A stretch of DNA of 64,000 nucleotides. It comes from an uncultured Actinomycetes bacterium (lineage in GTDB: Bacteria; Actinomycetota; Thermoleophilia; UBA2241). Both the position numbers and the translations under genes were made by a program. The stretch is taken from contig CAVXDR010000002.1 in assembly GCA_963760655.1 (NCBI GenBank), positions 113,944-177,943 on the forward strand, given 5' to 3'. The notes under the pieces were generated by a model that was not told the origin of the DNA, ran no database searches, and saw only the letters and a program-made list of their open reading frames with translations. Positions 40,925 through 49,966 of this stretch are shown piece by piece (positions within the stretch are counted from its first letter, which is position 1; every line of letters starts with the position of its first letter).

Positions 40925-40949
40925 CCCGCGACGACGCCGTCGTCGCGGG
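40925..40949 (+). terminator. hairpin after the small ORF
   Basis: Perfect 11-bp stem CCCGCGACGAC/GTCGTCGCGGG with a 3-nt loop. There is no U-tract. Confidence 0.35.
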
Positions 40950-41100
40950 CCCGACCAGGGCCGCCGCTGGCGATCGCCCCCCGAGCCGGCCGTCGGTGTA
41001 GCCAGGGCTGACAACAAAACGCTCAAGGATTGCCCGGGCGCGCACGACAATGACTGGGAGACGCCGTCGACGGGCAAGGGGCGGCGTCGGGGAGGACAAG

Positions 41101-44031
41101 GTGCGAAAGCGGATCCGTGGCCGGCGCACGGCACTCGTCGCGTGCGGGCTCGCGCTCGCCCTGCTCGTCACGCTGGTCGCCGTCATGCTCGTCGCCGGCC
41201 GCCGGCTCGACCTGTACTCGACCATCCTCGCGCTCGTCGCCGTCTGCGGCCTCACGCTGCTCGTCGCGCTCGGCCGGCGGCCGGCGCCCTTCGTGCAGCC
41301 GGCGCTGCCGCCCTTCACGCCGGCGGCCGGGATGCTCGGTCGGGTAGCCGCCGACCTCGCCGCCTCGCTCGACATCCACCAGCTCCTCGGCGTGGTCGCC
41401 CAGCGGCTCACCGTCGCGGTCGGCGTGTCGCGCTGCGCCGTCATGCTGGTCGAGGGCGACCGGCTGCGGCTGGCCGCCTCGACGGGCAGCGCCCTGGTCA
41501 CGCCCTTCGGCGACGCCACCGGACGCATCAGCGACCGGCTGCGGGCGCTGCGCGAGCCCGCCGTCCTCACCCCCGCCACGGCGGGCGACGACCGGCCCGC
41601 GCTCGAGCGGCTCGACGCCCGCACGGTGCTCGTGCTGCCCTTCGTGGCGGGCGGCGAGATGCTGGGCATCGCCGCACTCGACGAGCCCGGCGTCGAGGCC
41701 GAGTTCGACGAGGAGCGCATCGGCGCCGGCCAGGCCGTCGCCGGCTTCGCCGCGCTCATGATCACCAACGCCAATCTCTACGAGCGCCGCTCCCAGCTCG
41801 TCGCCGCGCTCGCCGAGCGCTCCTCGACCATGGAGGCGCTGCTGCGTCTCGGCTACGAGCTGCGCGCGACCCTCGACCTGGACGACGTGCTGCGGCGTGT
41901 CGCGGGGGCGGTCCTCGAGTCGCTCGGCTACCGGCAGGTGAGCCTGTTCCTGTACGACGAGACCGACGAGACCTACCGCGCCCGGGCCGCGCTGGGCGGC
42001 CCGCCCGAGCTCACCACCCACCTGCTCACGACCGCGATCCCGCGCCTCGTGTTCGAGCAGGCCATGCGGCCCGAGTCGCGCATGGGCAACTCCTACTTCC
42101 GGCGCCGCCGGCGCGTGCCGCCGAGCGACGATGAGCAGCGCCTGCTGCCCTTCAGCGACCTCGGCCCGCGGGCCGACGACGAGTGGCAGACGGGCGACTG
42201 CCTGATCGTGCCGCTCCTGTCGCGCGCCGGTAGCCCGCTCGGCGCGCTCAACGTCTACGACCCGGTCGACCGGCGGCCGCCCACCATGGAGTCGGTCGGC
42301 GCGGTCGAGATCTTCGCCAACCAGGCCGCCGTCGCCATCGAGAACGCCGAGCAGTACGCCGCGCTCCAGGTGCAGGAGCGCCGGCTCGAGCGCCAGCTCC
42401 GCTCGCAGCGCGACCTGCTGCGGGTGAGCGAGTCGGTGCTGTCGACGCTCGACGAGCAGGTCGTCTTCGAGTCGATCACCGAGAAGCTGCGGGTCCTCGT
42501 CGAGTACGACACGCTGGCGATCAGCAAGGTCGACTGGGAGGCGCGCCGCATCGTCACGGTCTGGGCGCGCGACGAGTACGCCCAGGAGCTGATCGACAAT
42601 CCCATCGCCCTCGATCAGGGACTCTGGGGCTGGGCCGTGACCCACGACGAGGCCGTGCTGTGCAACGCGGCCCACGAGGACCCGCGGTCGACCCAGGTTC
42701 CGGGCACGCCGGTCGAGCCCCAGGCCTCGATCGTGCTGCCGCTGCACGTCATGAACAAGGTGATCGGCGTCCTCAACCTCGACCGGCTCGACGGCAAGAC
42801 CTACAGCGAGGAGGAGTTCGAGCTCGTCAAGCCGTTCGCCAGCCTCGCGGCGATCGCCATCGAGAACGCCTCGCTCTACGAGAAGAGCCAGCTCCGCGCC
42901 GTGACCGACCCGCTCACCGGCCTCTACAACCACGGGCACTTCCAGGAGACGCTCGATCACGAGGTGCGGCGCTGCGAGCGCTACGGCGACGCCTTCTCGC
43001 TGCTCATGATCGACCTCGACCACTTCAAGGGCGTGAACGATCGCTTCGGCCATCCGCGCGGCGACGACGTGCTGCGCGACGTCGCCAAGGTCCTCGCCGC
43101 CACCACGCGCGAGGCCGACTACGCGGCGCGCTACGGCGGCGAGGAGTTCGCCGTGCTGCTGCCCAAGACCTCGCCGGCCGACGCCGCCCAGCTCGCCGAC
43201 CGCATCCGCTCGCGCGTGCGCGACATCGTGGTCGAGCCCGGCGACGGCTTTCGCGTGTCGGCCTCGATCGGCGTCGCCGACTTCCCCGTGTGTGGGCTCG
43301 ACGCCAAGACCATGCTCGGCGCCGCCGACACGGCCCTGCTGTGGGCCAAGCGCCGTGGCCGCAACTGCGTGCTCTACTACCGCGACGTGCGCGAGATGAT
43401 GGCGCCGCTTTCGGGCGACGAGGCCGGCGAGCGCTCGTGGCGCAACGGCATCGAGGTGCTGGCCGCCGCCGTCGACGCCAAGGCCAGCTTCCGCGAGCGC
43501 CACGGCGAGGCCGTCGCCGAGATCGTGCGCGAGCTTTCCACGCGGGCCGGTCTGCCGGCCGCCGATCGCGAGATCTACTGCGTCGCCGCCCGGCTGCACG
43601 ACGTCGGCAAGGTCGGTATCAGGGCAGAGCTGCTCGAGAAGGGCGACCGCCTGACCGACGACGAACGTCGCGAGCTGCGCCGCCACGTCGACCTCGGCGT
43701 CGACATCTTCACGAACGCCGAGGCGCCGACCGAGTTCATCGAGATCGTGCGCCACCACCACGAGCGCTGGGACGGACGGGGCTACCCCGACGGCCTGCGC
43801 GGCGAGGAGATCCCGATGGGCGCCCGCCTGATCGCGATCGGCGACTCGTTCACGGCGATGCTGTCGGAGCGTCCCTATCGGGCCGCGCTCAGCCTGGACG
43901 AGGCGCGCGCCGAGGTGCGGCGCGGCGCCGGCGTGCAGTACGACCCCGGCCTTGCCCAGCTCTTCCTCGACGCCTGCCGCACCTCGGGCGCGGCCGGCGT
44001 GCCGCCCGAGCCGGCCGCGACCGACGGCTAG
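41101..44031 (+). CDS. membrane-anchored GAF-repeat / GGDEF / HD-GYP c-di-GMP signalling protein
   Basis: The GTG at 41101 lies 5 nt after GGGGAGG (alternative ATG at 41050). It has two N-terminal TM helices and multiple GAF-like segments. The GGDEF domain carries 'GGEEF' and an I-site 'READ' 5 aa upstream. The HD-GYP domain has 'HDVGK' and 'HHERWDGRGYP'. Confidence 0.9.
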   Translation: MRKRIRGRRTALVACGLALALLVTLVAVMLVAGRRLDLYSTILALVAVCGLTLLVALGRRPAPFVQPALPPFTPAAGMLGRVAADLAASLDIHQLLGVVAQRLTVAVGVSRCAVMLVEGDRLRLAASTGSALVTPFGDATGRISDRLRALREPAVLTPATAGDDRPALERLDARTVLVLPFVAGGEMLGIAALDEPGVEAEFDEERIGAGQAVAGFAALMITNANLYERRSQLVAALAERSSTMEALLRLGYELRATLDLDDVLRRVAGAVLESLGYRQVSLFLYDETDETYRARAALGGPPELTTHLLTTAIPRLVFEQAMRPESRMGNSYFRRRRRVPPSDDEQRLLPFSDLGPRADDEWQTGDCLIVPLLSRAGSPLGALNVYDPVDRRPPTMESVGAVEIFANQAAVAIENAEQYAALQVQERRLERQLRSQRDLLRVSESVLSTLDEQVVFESITEKLRVLVEYDTLAISKVDWEARRIVTVWARDEYAQELIDNPIALDQGLWGWAVTHDEAVLCNAAHEDPRSTQVPGTPVEPQASIVLPLHVMNKVIGVLNLDRLDGKTYSEEEFELVKPFASLAAIAIENASLYEKSQLRAVTDPLTGLYNHGHFQETLDHEVRRCERYGDAFSLLMIDLDHFKGVNDRFGHPRGDDVLRDVAKVLAATTREADYAARYGGEEFAVLLPKTSPADAAQLADRIRSRVRDIVVEPGDGFRVSASIGVADFPVCGLDAKTMLGAADTALLWAKRRGRNCVLYYRDVREMMAPLSGDEAGERSWRNGIEVLAAAVDAKASFRERHGEAVAEIVRELSTRAGLPAADREIYCVAARLHDVGKVGIRAELLEKGDRLTDDERRELRRHVDLGVDIFTNAEAPTEFIEIVRHHHERWDGRGYPDGLRGEEIPMGARLIAIGDSFTAMLSERPYRAALSLDEARAEVRRGAGVQYDPGLAQLFLDACRTSGAAGVPPEPAATDG

Positions 44032-44175
44032 AGTCCCGGCGAGTACCCTCCGCGCCGCGCCCGCCTGCGCGGTTGGCATCGTCTCGGCGCCCCCGGTAAG
44101 ATACGGCCCCCGGCACACGTGCCTGCGCGGGCGGTCCGGGACCAGTCGCGCGTCACACTCGTGGAGGTAGTGGTC

Positions 44176-44982
44176 ATGCTGTTGGTAGGCGAATCGATCA
44201 ACGGGACACGCAAGCAGGTCGGCGAAGCCATCCAGGCGCGCGATGCCGACTTCATCAAGAGCCTGGCGACCGACCAGGTCGAGGCGGGCGCCGACATCCT
44301 CGACGTGAACGGCGGCGTCGCCGGCGGCAACGAGGTCGAGGACCTGCTGTGGCTGATCGCCACCGTGCGCAGCGTCACCGACAAGCAGCTCATGATCGAT
44401 TCGGCCAACCCCGCCGCGCTGCAGGCCGGCGTCGAGGCCGCGATCGCCAATGGCGGCACGGTGCCGCACATCAACTCGATCAGTGGCGAGCAGAGCCGCA
44501 TCGACGCGGTGCTGCCCCTGGTCGAGAAGTACAAGTGCCCCGTCGTAGCGCTCTGCCTGAACGACGAGGGCATCCCCTGCACGCCCGAGGAGCGCTTCGC
44601 CGTCGTCCAGAAGCTCCACGGCAAGCTCGCCGCCGCCGGCCTGCCCGAGGCGGACATGTGGTTCGACCCGCTCGTCATGACCGTGTCGGCCGACCCGACC
44701 GCCGGCCTCGTCACCATGCAGACGCTGGCCCTGATCAAGGCCAAGCTACCGGGCGTCAAGTCGACCGGCGGCCTCTCGAACGTGAGCTTCGGGCTGCCCA
44801 ACCGGCCGCTCCTCAACCGCACGTTCGTCGCCATGTGCGCCGGCATCGGCATCGACGGCGCCGTCCTCGACGTGCGCAACAAGCAGATGATGGCGACGAT
44901 CAAGGCGATCGAGGCGATCCGCAACGAGGACAGCTTCTGCGGCAACTACCTCAAGGCGCATCGCGCGGGCCTGCTCGAATAG
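44176..44982 (+). CDS. pterin-binding methyltransferase, AcsE/MeTr-like (methyl-THF:corrinoid methyltransferase)
   Basis: ATG at 44176 after GGAGG. 'LLVGESINGTRK', 'LDVNGG', 'INSISGE', 'GLSNVSFGLPNRPLLNRTF' and the C-terminal 'FCGNYLK' parallel Moorella AcsE as I recall it. Confidence 0.85.
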   Translation: MLLVGESINGTRKQVGEAIQARDADFIKSLATDQVEAGADILDVNGGVAGGNEVEDLLWLIATVRSVTDKQLMIDSANPAALQAGVEAAIANGGTVPHINSISGEQSRIDAVLPLVEKYKCPVVALCLNDEGIPCTPEERFAVVQKLHGKLAAAGLPEADMWFDPLVMTVSADPTAGLVTMQTLALIKAKLPGVKSTGGLSNVSFGLPNRPLLNRTFVAMCAGIGIDGAVLDVRNKQMMATIKAIEAIRNEDSFCGNYLKAHRAGLLE

Positions 44983-44999
44983 GAGTCCCGACGCAGGGC

Positions 45000-45045
45000 G
45001 GGCGGGGGAGAGCTGAGGGCAGCCCTCCCCCGCCCGTTTCCTTTC
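45000..45045 (+). terminator. rho-independent terminator
   Basis: 11-bp stem GGGCGGGGGAG/CTCCCCCGCCC followed by 'TTTCCTTTC'. Confidence 0.65.
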
Positions 45046-45352
45046 GGCCCCGGCGAGGCCCGGCTCGAGGCCGGGGCGGCGCCGGCCGGGGAGCGGGTCC
45101 GGTCGTCGCCTCTTGCCAAGTGGCGTAGAATGCCCGAGACACGGACTCGTTCGACGAGGGGGGTCGTCTACGGTCGCAAGTGGGCTCGGCGACCGTGCCC
45201 CCGGCGTCATGTCGCCCGGGGGTCATCCCCTCACAACTTTAGGCAAGGGCGCCTGCCGTGCGGACCCCAGGTCCCGCGGCCGAGTCGCGAAAGCACCGAA
45301 GGGAGGGGAATGAGCGCGCACATCTCGCCGACCGGTGCGGCGCGCGGGGGCC

Positions 45353-46324
45353 GTGGATAAGCGGCGCTATTTCGTCCGCAAGATCCTGAACGCCCTGCTC
45401 ACCATCATCCTCATCGCATCGTTCAACTTCGTGCTCTTTCGCATCCTGCCGGGCAACCCGGCCCGTCTTCTCGTGCCTAAGGGACGCTTCTCGATGGCGG
45501 CCATGGCCAAAGAGGAGGCGGAATTCCACCTGAACAGGCCGCTCTGGGAGCAGTTCGTGCTCTACTGGGGCGACACCGTCCAGCTCAAGTTCGGCGACTC
45601 GTTCGCCGAGAAGCGCCCCGTGACCCAGGTCGTCGGGGAGCGCATCTGGCCGACCCTCCTGCTGGTCGGCACCGGCACCATCATCGCCACCATCATCGGA
45701 GTGATAACCGGGGTCTTCGCCGGCTGGCGAAGAAACAGCCGGTTCGACGTCGTCACCACCAACAGCGGCATGGTCATGTACTCCGCGCCGACGTTCTGGA
45801 TATGTCTGATCTTCATCATGATCTTCGCGACGTGGTTACGCTGGTTCCCGGTCGGACGGATGTACGACCCCGGCGCCACCTACTCGGGCTGGTTCTCCCA
45901 GCTCACGGCGCTGCTACACCATCTCTTCCTGCCGGCCTTCACGTTTGCCATCACCTACATGGGCGAGTACCACCTGATCGTGCGCAGCGCGCTCACGGGC
46001 GTCATGAAGGAAGACTACGTGCTCACCGCGCGCGCCAAGGGCCTGTCCGACTCCAACGTGCTCTGGCGTCACGTGGCGCCCAACGCGATGCTGCCGACGG
46101 TCACCCTCATCATGATGAACATCGGCTTCGTGCTGTCGGGCGCCATCCTCACCGAGGCCGTGTTCAACTGGCCCGGCCTGGGCTTGCTGTCCTGGGACTC
46201 CATGATGAACCGTGACTACCCGGTCATGCAGGCCGTGTTCCTGCTCGCCAGCGTCGCCGTGATCCTCGCGAACCTGATCGCCGACATCATGTACTACTAC
46301 CTCGACCCGCGGGTGAAGGCATGA
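45353..46324 (+). CDS. ABC transporter permease, DppB/OppB type
   Basis: 'YFVRKILNALLTIILIASFNFVLFRILPGNP' and the EAA-loop region 'ARAKGLSDSNVLWRHVAPNA'. Start taken as the GTG at 45353 (alternative 45335). Confidence 0.9.
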   Translation: MDKRRYFVRKILNALLTIILIASFNFVLFRILPGNPARLLVPKGRFSMAAMAKEEAEFHLNRPLWEQFVLYWGDTVQLKFGDSFAEKRPVTQVVGERIWPTLLLVGTGTIIATIIGVITGVFAGWRRNSRFDVVTTNSGMVMYSAPTFWICLIFIMIFATWLRWFPVGRMYDPGATYSGWFSQLTALLHHLFLPAFTFAITYMGEYHLIVRSALTGVMKEDYVLTARAKGLSDSNVLWRHVAPNAMLPTVTLIMMNIGFVLSGAILTEAVFNWPGLGLLSWDSMMNRDYPVMQAVFLLASVAVILANLIADIMYYYLDPRVKA

Positions 46325-47760
46325 TCCCCCGTCGGCTGCGCACCTGGATCTTCGTCTGGACGCCAATCGTCTGGGTGCTGCTCAGCCTCATCACCTATCC
46401 CAAAGACCGGCCGCTCAAGACGGGTCTCGTGCACCTGCTGGGCGGCTTCGTGGCGCCCACCGTGGGCAACTACCCGCCCATCGTGCCGCTCATCGTGGCC
46501 GTCATCCTGCTGGCTTTCGGTGCGGCCCAGCTCGTCGGGCGATCGCGTTCGCGGGCGCTGCCGCTGCTGATGCTTGCGGCCTGCCTGGACTGCCTGCTCT
46601 GGTTCGCCGCCGGCGCCGACGCGTTCCAGGGCCACTTCGCGCTGAACGGTCGCGACACCACGTGGGCCTGGCTCTTCCAGACCGTGGTCGTCGTGCTGCT
46701 GGCCGGCTGCGTCTACGCCTGGGGCGCCGCCAACCCCGAGCGCGCCGAGCTCATGGTCTGGAACACGCGCCAGATCTGGCGTCTGTATCGCGGCAACTGG
46801 CAGGGCATGGTCGGCCTGTACATCATGGGCTTCTTCCTGGCTATGGCGCTGTTCGCGCCGTTCCTCGCCAACCACGCCCTGCTCGACCCGACGGCGCAGA
46901 TCGGAGCGCCGTTCGCCACGCCGACCCACTCCTACTACCACTGGTTCGGCACGACCGAGCAGGGCATGTCGGTGCTCGCCGAGTTCATCTGGAGCTCGCG
47001 CATCTCGCTCGCGGTCGGCCTGTTCGCCACGGCGATCTCGACCGTGCTGGGCGCCGGCATCGGCGTCGCCGCCGGCTACTATCACGGCTGGTTCAGCGAG
47101 GTGCTCATGCGTCTGACCGACGCCTTCCTCGTCATCCCGTGGCTGCCGCTCGCCATGGTGCTGGTGGCGGCCTGGGGCCAGAACTACATGATCCTCGTGC
47201 TGATCATCGGCATCACGAGCTGGCCCGGCACCGCCCGGGTGGTGCGGGCCGACGCGCTGCGCGTACGCGAGTTGCAGTTCATCGAACGCTCGCGGGCGAT
47301 CGGCTCGAGCGACGCGCACATCATGCGCAAGCACATCCTGCCGAACGTCTTCCCGCTCGTGTTTGCCAACACCGTCCTGGTGGTGGCGATCGCCATCCTG
47401 TCCGAGACGACGCTCTCGTTCCTCGGCCTCGGCGACCCGCTCAACTTCAGCTGGGGCACCATGCTCCACTACGCCTGGGACTCGGGCGCCGCCGGCCTGC
47501 CGGCCTGGTGGTACCTGCTGCCGCCGGGCATCGCCATCGTGCTGGTCGTGCTCTCCTTCACCTTCATGGGCACGGCCTTCGACGAGATCCTCGACCCGAA
47601 GCTGCGCAAGCGTGAGGAGAGCGGCGGACGGCCCGACGGCGGGTCCGTGTCCGGCACCGGCGTCACCGAACCCAACCTCGGTCACGATGCCACGGGCGGC
47701 GGTCAGTGGACCGGCCTGCCCGACGACATCGGTGTCGGGCAGGCAGGAGGCGTGTCATGA
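46321..47760 (+). CDS. ABC transporter permease, DppC/OppC type, with an N-terminal four-TM extension of about 150 aa
   Basis: ATGA overlap with the upstream permease. The canonical part begins near 'WQGMVGLYIMGFFLAMALFAPFLA', with 'ERSRAIGSSDAHIMRKHILPN'. The 479-aa length is well above the roughly 300 aa usual for this type. Confidence 0.9.
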   Translation: MIPRRLRTWIFVWTPIVWVLLSLITYPKDRPLKTGLVHLLGGFVAPTVGNYPPIVPLIVAVILLAFGAAQLVGRSRSRALPLLMLAACLDCLLWFAAGADAFQGHFALNGRDTTWAWLFQTVVVVLLAGCVYAWGAANPERAELMVWNTRQIWRLYRGNWQGMVGLYIMGFFLAMALFAPFLANHALLDPTAQIGAPFATPTHSYYHWFGTTEQGMSVLAEFIWSSRISLAVGLFATAISTVLGAGIGVAAGYYHGWFSEVLMRLTDAFLVIPWLPLAMVLVAAWGQNYMILVLIIGITSWPGTARVVRADALRVRELQFIERSRAIGSSDAHIMRKHILPNVFPLVFANTVLVVAIAILSETTLSFLGLGDPLNFSWGTMLHYAWDSGAAGLPAWWYLLPPGIAIVLVVLSFTFMGTAFDEILDPKLRKREESGGRPDGGSVSGTGVTEPNLGHDATGGGQWTGLPDDIGVGQAGGVS

Positions 47761-48773
47761 GCGCAGTCAAGGCAAAGCAGCCCGCCTCCCCCAAAGAGGC
47801 CGCCCCGCGCATCGAGCACCCCGGCATCTTGGACGTGCGCGACCTGAAGGCCTACTTCAAGCTGCGCGAGGGCGACGTCAAGGCCGTCGACGGGGTCTCC
47901 TTTACCCTGGAGGCCGGCCGCAGCCTGGGCCTGGCCGGCGAGAGCGGCTGCGGCAAGACCACGGCCGCCCTGGCGATCTTGAAGCTGCTGCCCGAAAACG
48001 GCCGCATCGTAAGCGGCGAGGTGCTCTTTGACGGGCGCAACCTAGCCAAGCGGACCGAGTACGGCATGAGCCGCATCCGCTGGAAGGAGGTCTCGATCAT
48101 CTTCCAGGGGGCGATGAACGCCTTAAACCCGGTGCAGCAGGTGGGTCGCCAGATCGCCGAGCCGATCGTCTTGCACGAGGGCTTAAGCGAGTCCAAGGCG
48201 ATGACCCGCGCCCGCGAGCTCTTCGATCTGGTCGGCATCAACCCGAAGCGCGTCACGGAGTTCCCCCACGAGATGAGCGGCGGCATGCGCCAGCGCGCGA
48301 TGATCGCCATGGCGCTTGCCTGCAACCCCAAGCTGGTGATCGGCGACGAGCCCACCACCGCCTTGGACGTCATGGTCCAGGCCCAGATCCTGGAGCTCAT
48401 CGAGCGCCTGCGCCACGAGCTCGATCTCTCCTTCATCTTGATCAGCCACGATCTGTCGGTGATGGCCGAGACCTGCGATAAGGGCGTCATCATGTACGCC
48501 GGCAAGGTGGTCGAGTCGGGTACCACCACCGACATCTTCACCTCACCCTCGCACCCCTACACGCGCCAGCTCATCAAGGCCTTCCCCAACATCCACGAGA
48601 CCCGCGAGATGGTGAGCTCGATCGCCGGCGACCCGCCCAACCTCTTAGACCCGCCGCCCGGCTGTCGCTTCTACCCGCGCTGCGCGCTGGCCGAGCCGGC
48701 CTGCACCGAAGGCGACCAGGAGATGGTGGCGGTCTCGGCGGGACACTACGCACGCTGCTGGAAGGTGGCCTAG
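47757..48773 (+). CDS. ABC transporter ATP-binding protein, OppD/DppD type
   Basis: ATGA overlap with the upstream permease. 'GESGCGKTT', 'LSGGMRQR' (here 'MSGGMRQR') and the oligopeptide C-terminal 'GCRFYPRC'. Confidence 0.93.
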   Translation: MSAVKAKQPASPKEAAPRIEHPGILDVRDLKAYFKLREGDVKAVDGVSFTLEAGRSLGLAGESGCGKTTAALAILKLLPENGRIVSGEVLFDGRNLAKRTEYGMSRIRWKEVSIIFQGAMNALNPVQQVGRQIAEPIVLHEGLSESKAMTRARELFDLVGINPKRVTEFPHEMSGGMRQRAMIAMALACNPKLVIGDEPTTALDVMVQAQILELIERLRHELDLSFILISHDLSVMAETCDKGVIMYAGKVVESGTTTDIFTSPSHPYTRQLIKAFPNIHETREMVSSIAGDPPNLLDPPPGCRFYPRCALAEPACTEGDQEMVAVSAGHYARCWKVA

Positions 48774-49856
48774 ATGGCGACGCTGCCCGACAACCCCTCG
48801 GCCGCCGCCCGCGCGGCCGGCACGATCGGTCGCAAGGAGCTGCGCGGCGCCCAGCTGCAGGGCGCCGCGCTCTACGACATCCGCGGCCTGGAGGTCTTCT
48901 TCCCGGTCAGGCAGAGCTTCCTGCGCAGCATGGTGGCCACCGAGAAGCGCTGGGTGCGGGCCGTCGACGGGGTCTCCTTTACGATCGGCGCCGGCGAGAT
49001 CCTGGCGCTGGTCGGAGAGTCGGGCTGCGGCAAGACCACGACGGGCCGCACCCTGCTGGGCCTCGAGCGTCAGACCGGCGGCCAGATCTTCTACAAGGGC
49101 CTCGAGGTGGGGCGCTTCAGCCCCCAGGCGATCCGCGACTACCGCCGCAGCTGCCAGATCATCTTCCAGGACCCCTACAACGCGATCAACCCCAAGCACA
49201 CGATCTTCGACATCGTCGCCGAGCCGCTTCAGGTCAACCACCTGGTCAGCTCCGAGCGCGACAAGGAGCAGCGCGTCGTGAAGGCCCTAGAAGACGCCGG
49301 CCTGCGGCCCGCCCGCGACTACCTCTACCGCTACCCCCACGAGCTCTCCGGCGGCCAGCGCCAGCGCGTCTGCATCGCCGGGGCGATCGTGCTGGAGCCC
49401 GACATGATCGTCGCCGACGAGCCCGTGGCGAGCCTCGACGTGTCGATCAGAAACGACATCTTGAAGCTCATGGTGGCCCACAAGCGCGAGCTCGGCGTGA
49501 CCTACCTGTTCATCACCCACGACCTCTCGCTGGCCTGGGTGATCTCCGACCGCATCGCCGTGATGTACTTGGGCAGGATCGTCGAGATCGGCGAGACCGA
49601 GGAGGTCGTGGCCAACCCCCGCCACCCCTACACCAAGGCGCTCATCAGCGTGATCCCGGTGCCCGACCCGACGGCAAAGCGCGAGCACATGGTGCTCACC
49701 GGCGAGACCCCCAACCCGGCCGCCATCCCCTCCGGCTGTCGCTTTCATCCGCGCTGCCCCGAGGTGATGGAGGACTGCAGCCGGATCGACCCGCAAGACG
49801 TGCAGGTCAAGGGCAGCCACTACGCGGCCTGCCTGCGGCTGGGAGGGGCAAGCTAG
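48774..49856 (+). CDS. ABC transporter ATP-binding protein, OppF/DppF type
   Basis: 'GESGCGKTT', 'LSGGQRQR' and 'GCRFHPRCP'. Confidence 0.93.
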   Translation: MATLPDNPSAAARAAGTIGRKELRGAQLQGAALYDIRGLEVFFPVRQSFLRSMVATEKRWVRAVDGVSFTIGAGEILALVGESGCGKTTTGRTLLGLERQTGGQIFYKGLEVGRFSPQAIRDYRRSCQIIFQDPYNAINPKHTIFDIVAEPLQVNHLVSSERDKEQRVVKALEDAGLRPARDYLYRYPHELSGGQRQRVCIAGAIVLEPDMIVADEPVASLDVSIRNDILKLMVAHKRELGVTYLFITHDLSLAWVISDRIAVMYLGRIVEIGETEEVVANPRHPYTKALISVIPVPDPTAKREHMVLTGETPNPAAIPSGCRFHPRCPEVMEDCSRIDPQDVQVKGSHYAACLRLGGAS

Positions 49857-49858
49857 AA

Positions 49859-49899
49859 GGACGGCGGGGCGGCCGCCCCAGGCGGCCGCCCCGCCGTCC
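49859..49899 (+). terminator. strong GC hairpin after the ABC operon
   Basis: Perfect 18-bp stem GGACGGCGGGGCGGCCGC/GCGGCCGCCCCGCCGTCC with a 5-nt loop. There is no U-tract. Confidence 0.5.
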
Positions 49900-49966
49900 G
49901 AACATGTCGCGGGCCCGCCGCGGCGACGGCCCGGCATGCGGGGCGGCGGCCAGCGAAAGGAGCCAC

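Noticed and set aside
44032-44175. Cobalamin or THF riboswitch ahead of the AcsE-like gene, and in the 45046-45352 ABC leader
   Set aside because: I found no B12-box-like (GCCACTG) or THF-motif core by eye. Only generic GC helices are present. This should still be run through Rfam, and I do not claim an element.
41023-44619. 1198-aa ORF antisense to the GAF-GGDEF-HD-GYP gene
   Set aside because: It is a shadow ORF typical of high-GC DNA, with Gly/Arg/Ala/Asp/Val-rich composition and no motifs. The sense strand carries unambiguous GGDEF and HD-GYP signatures.
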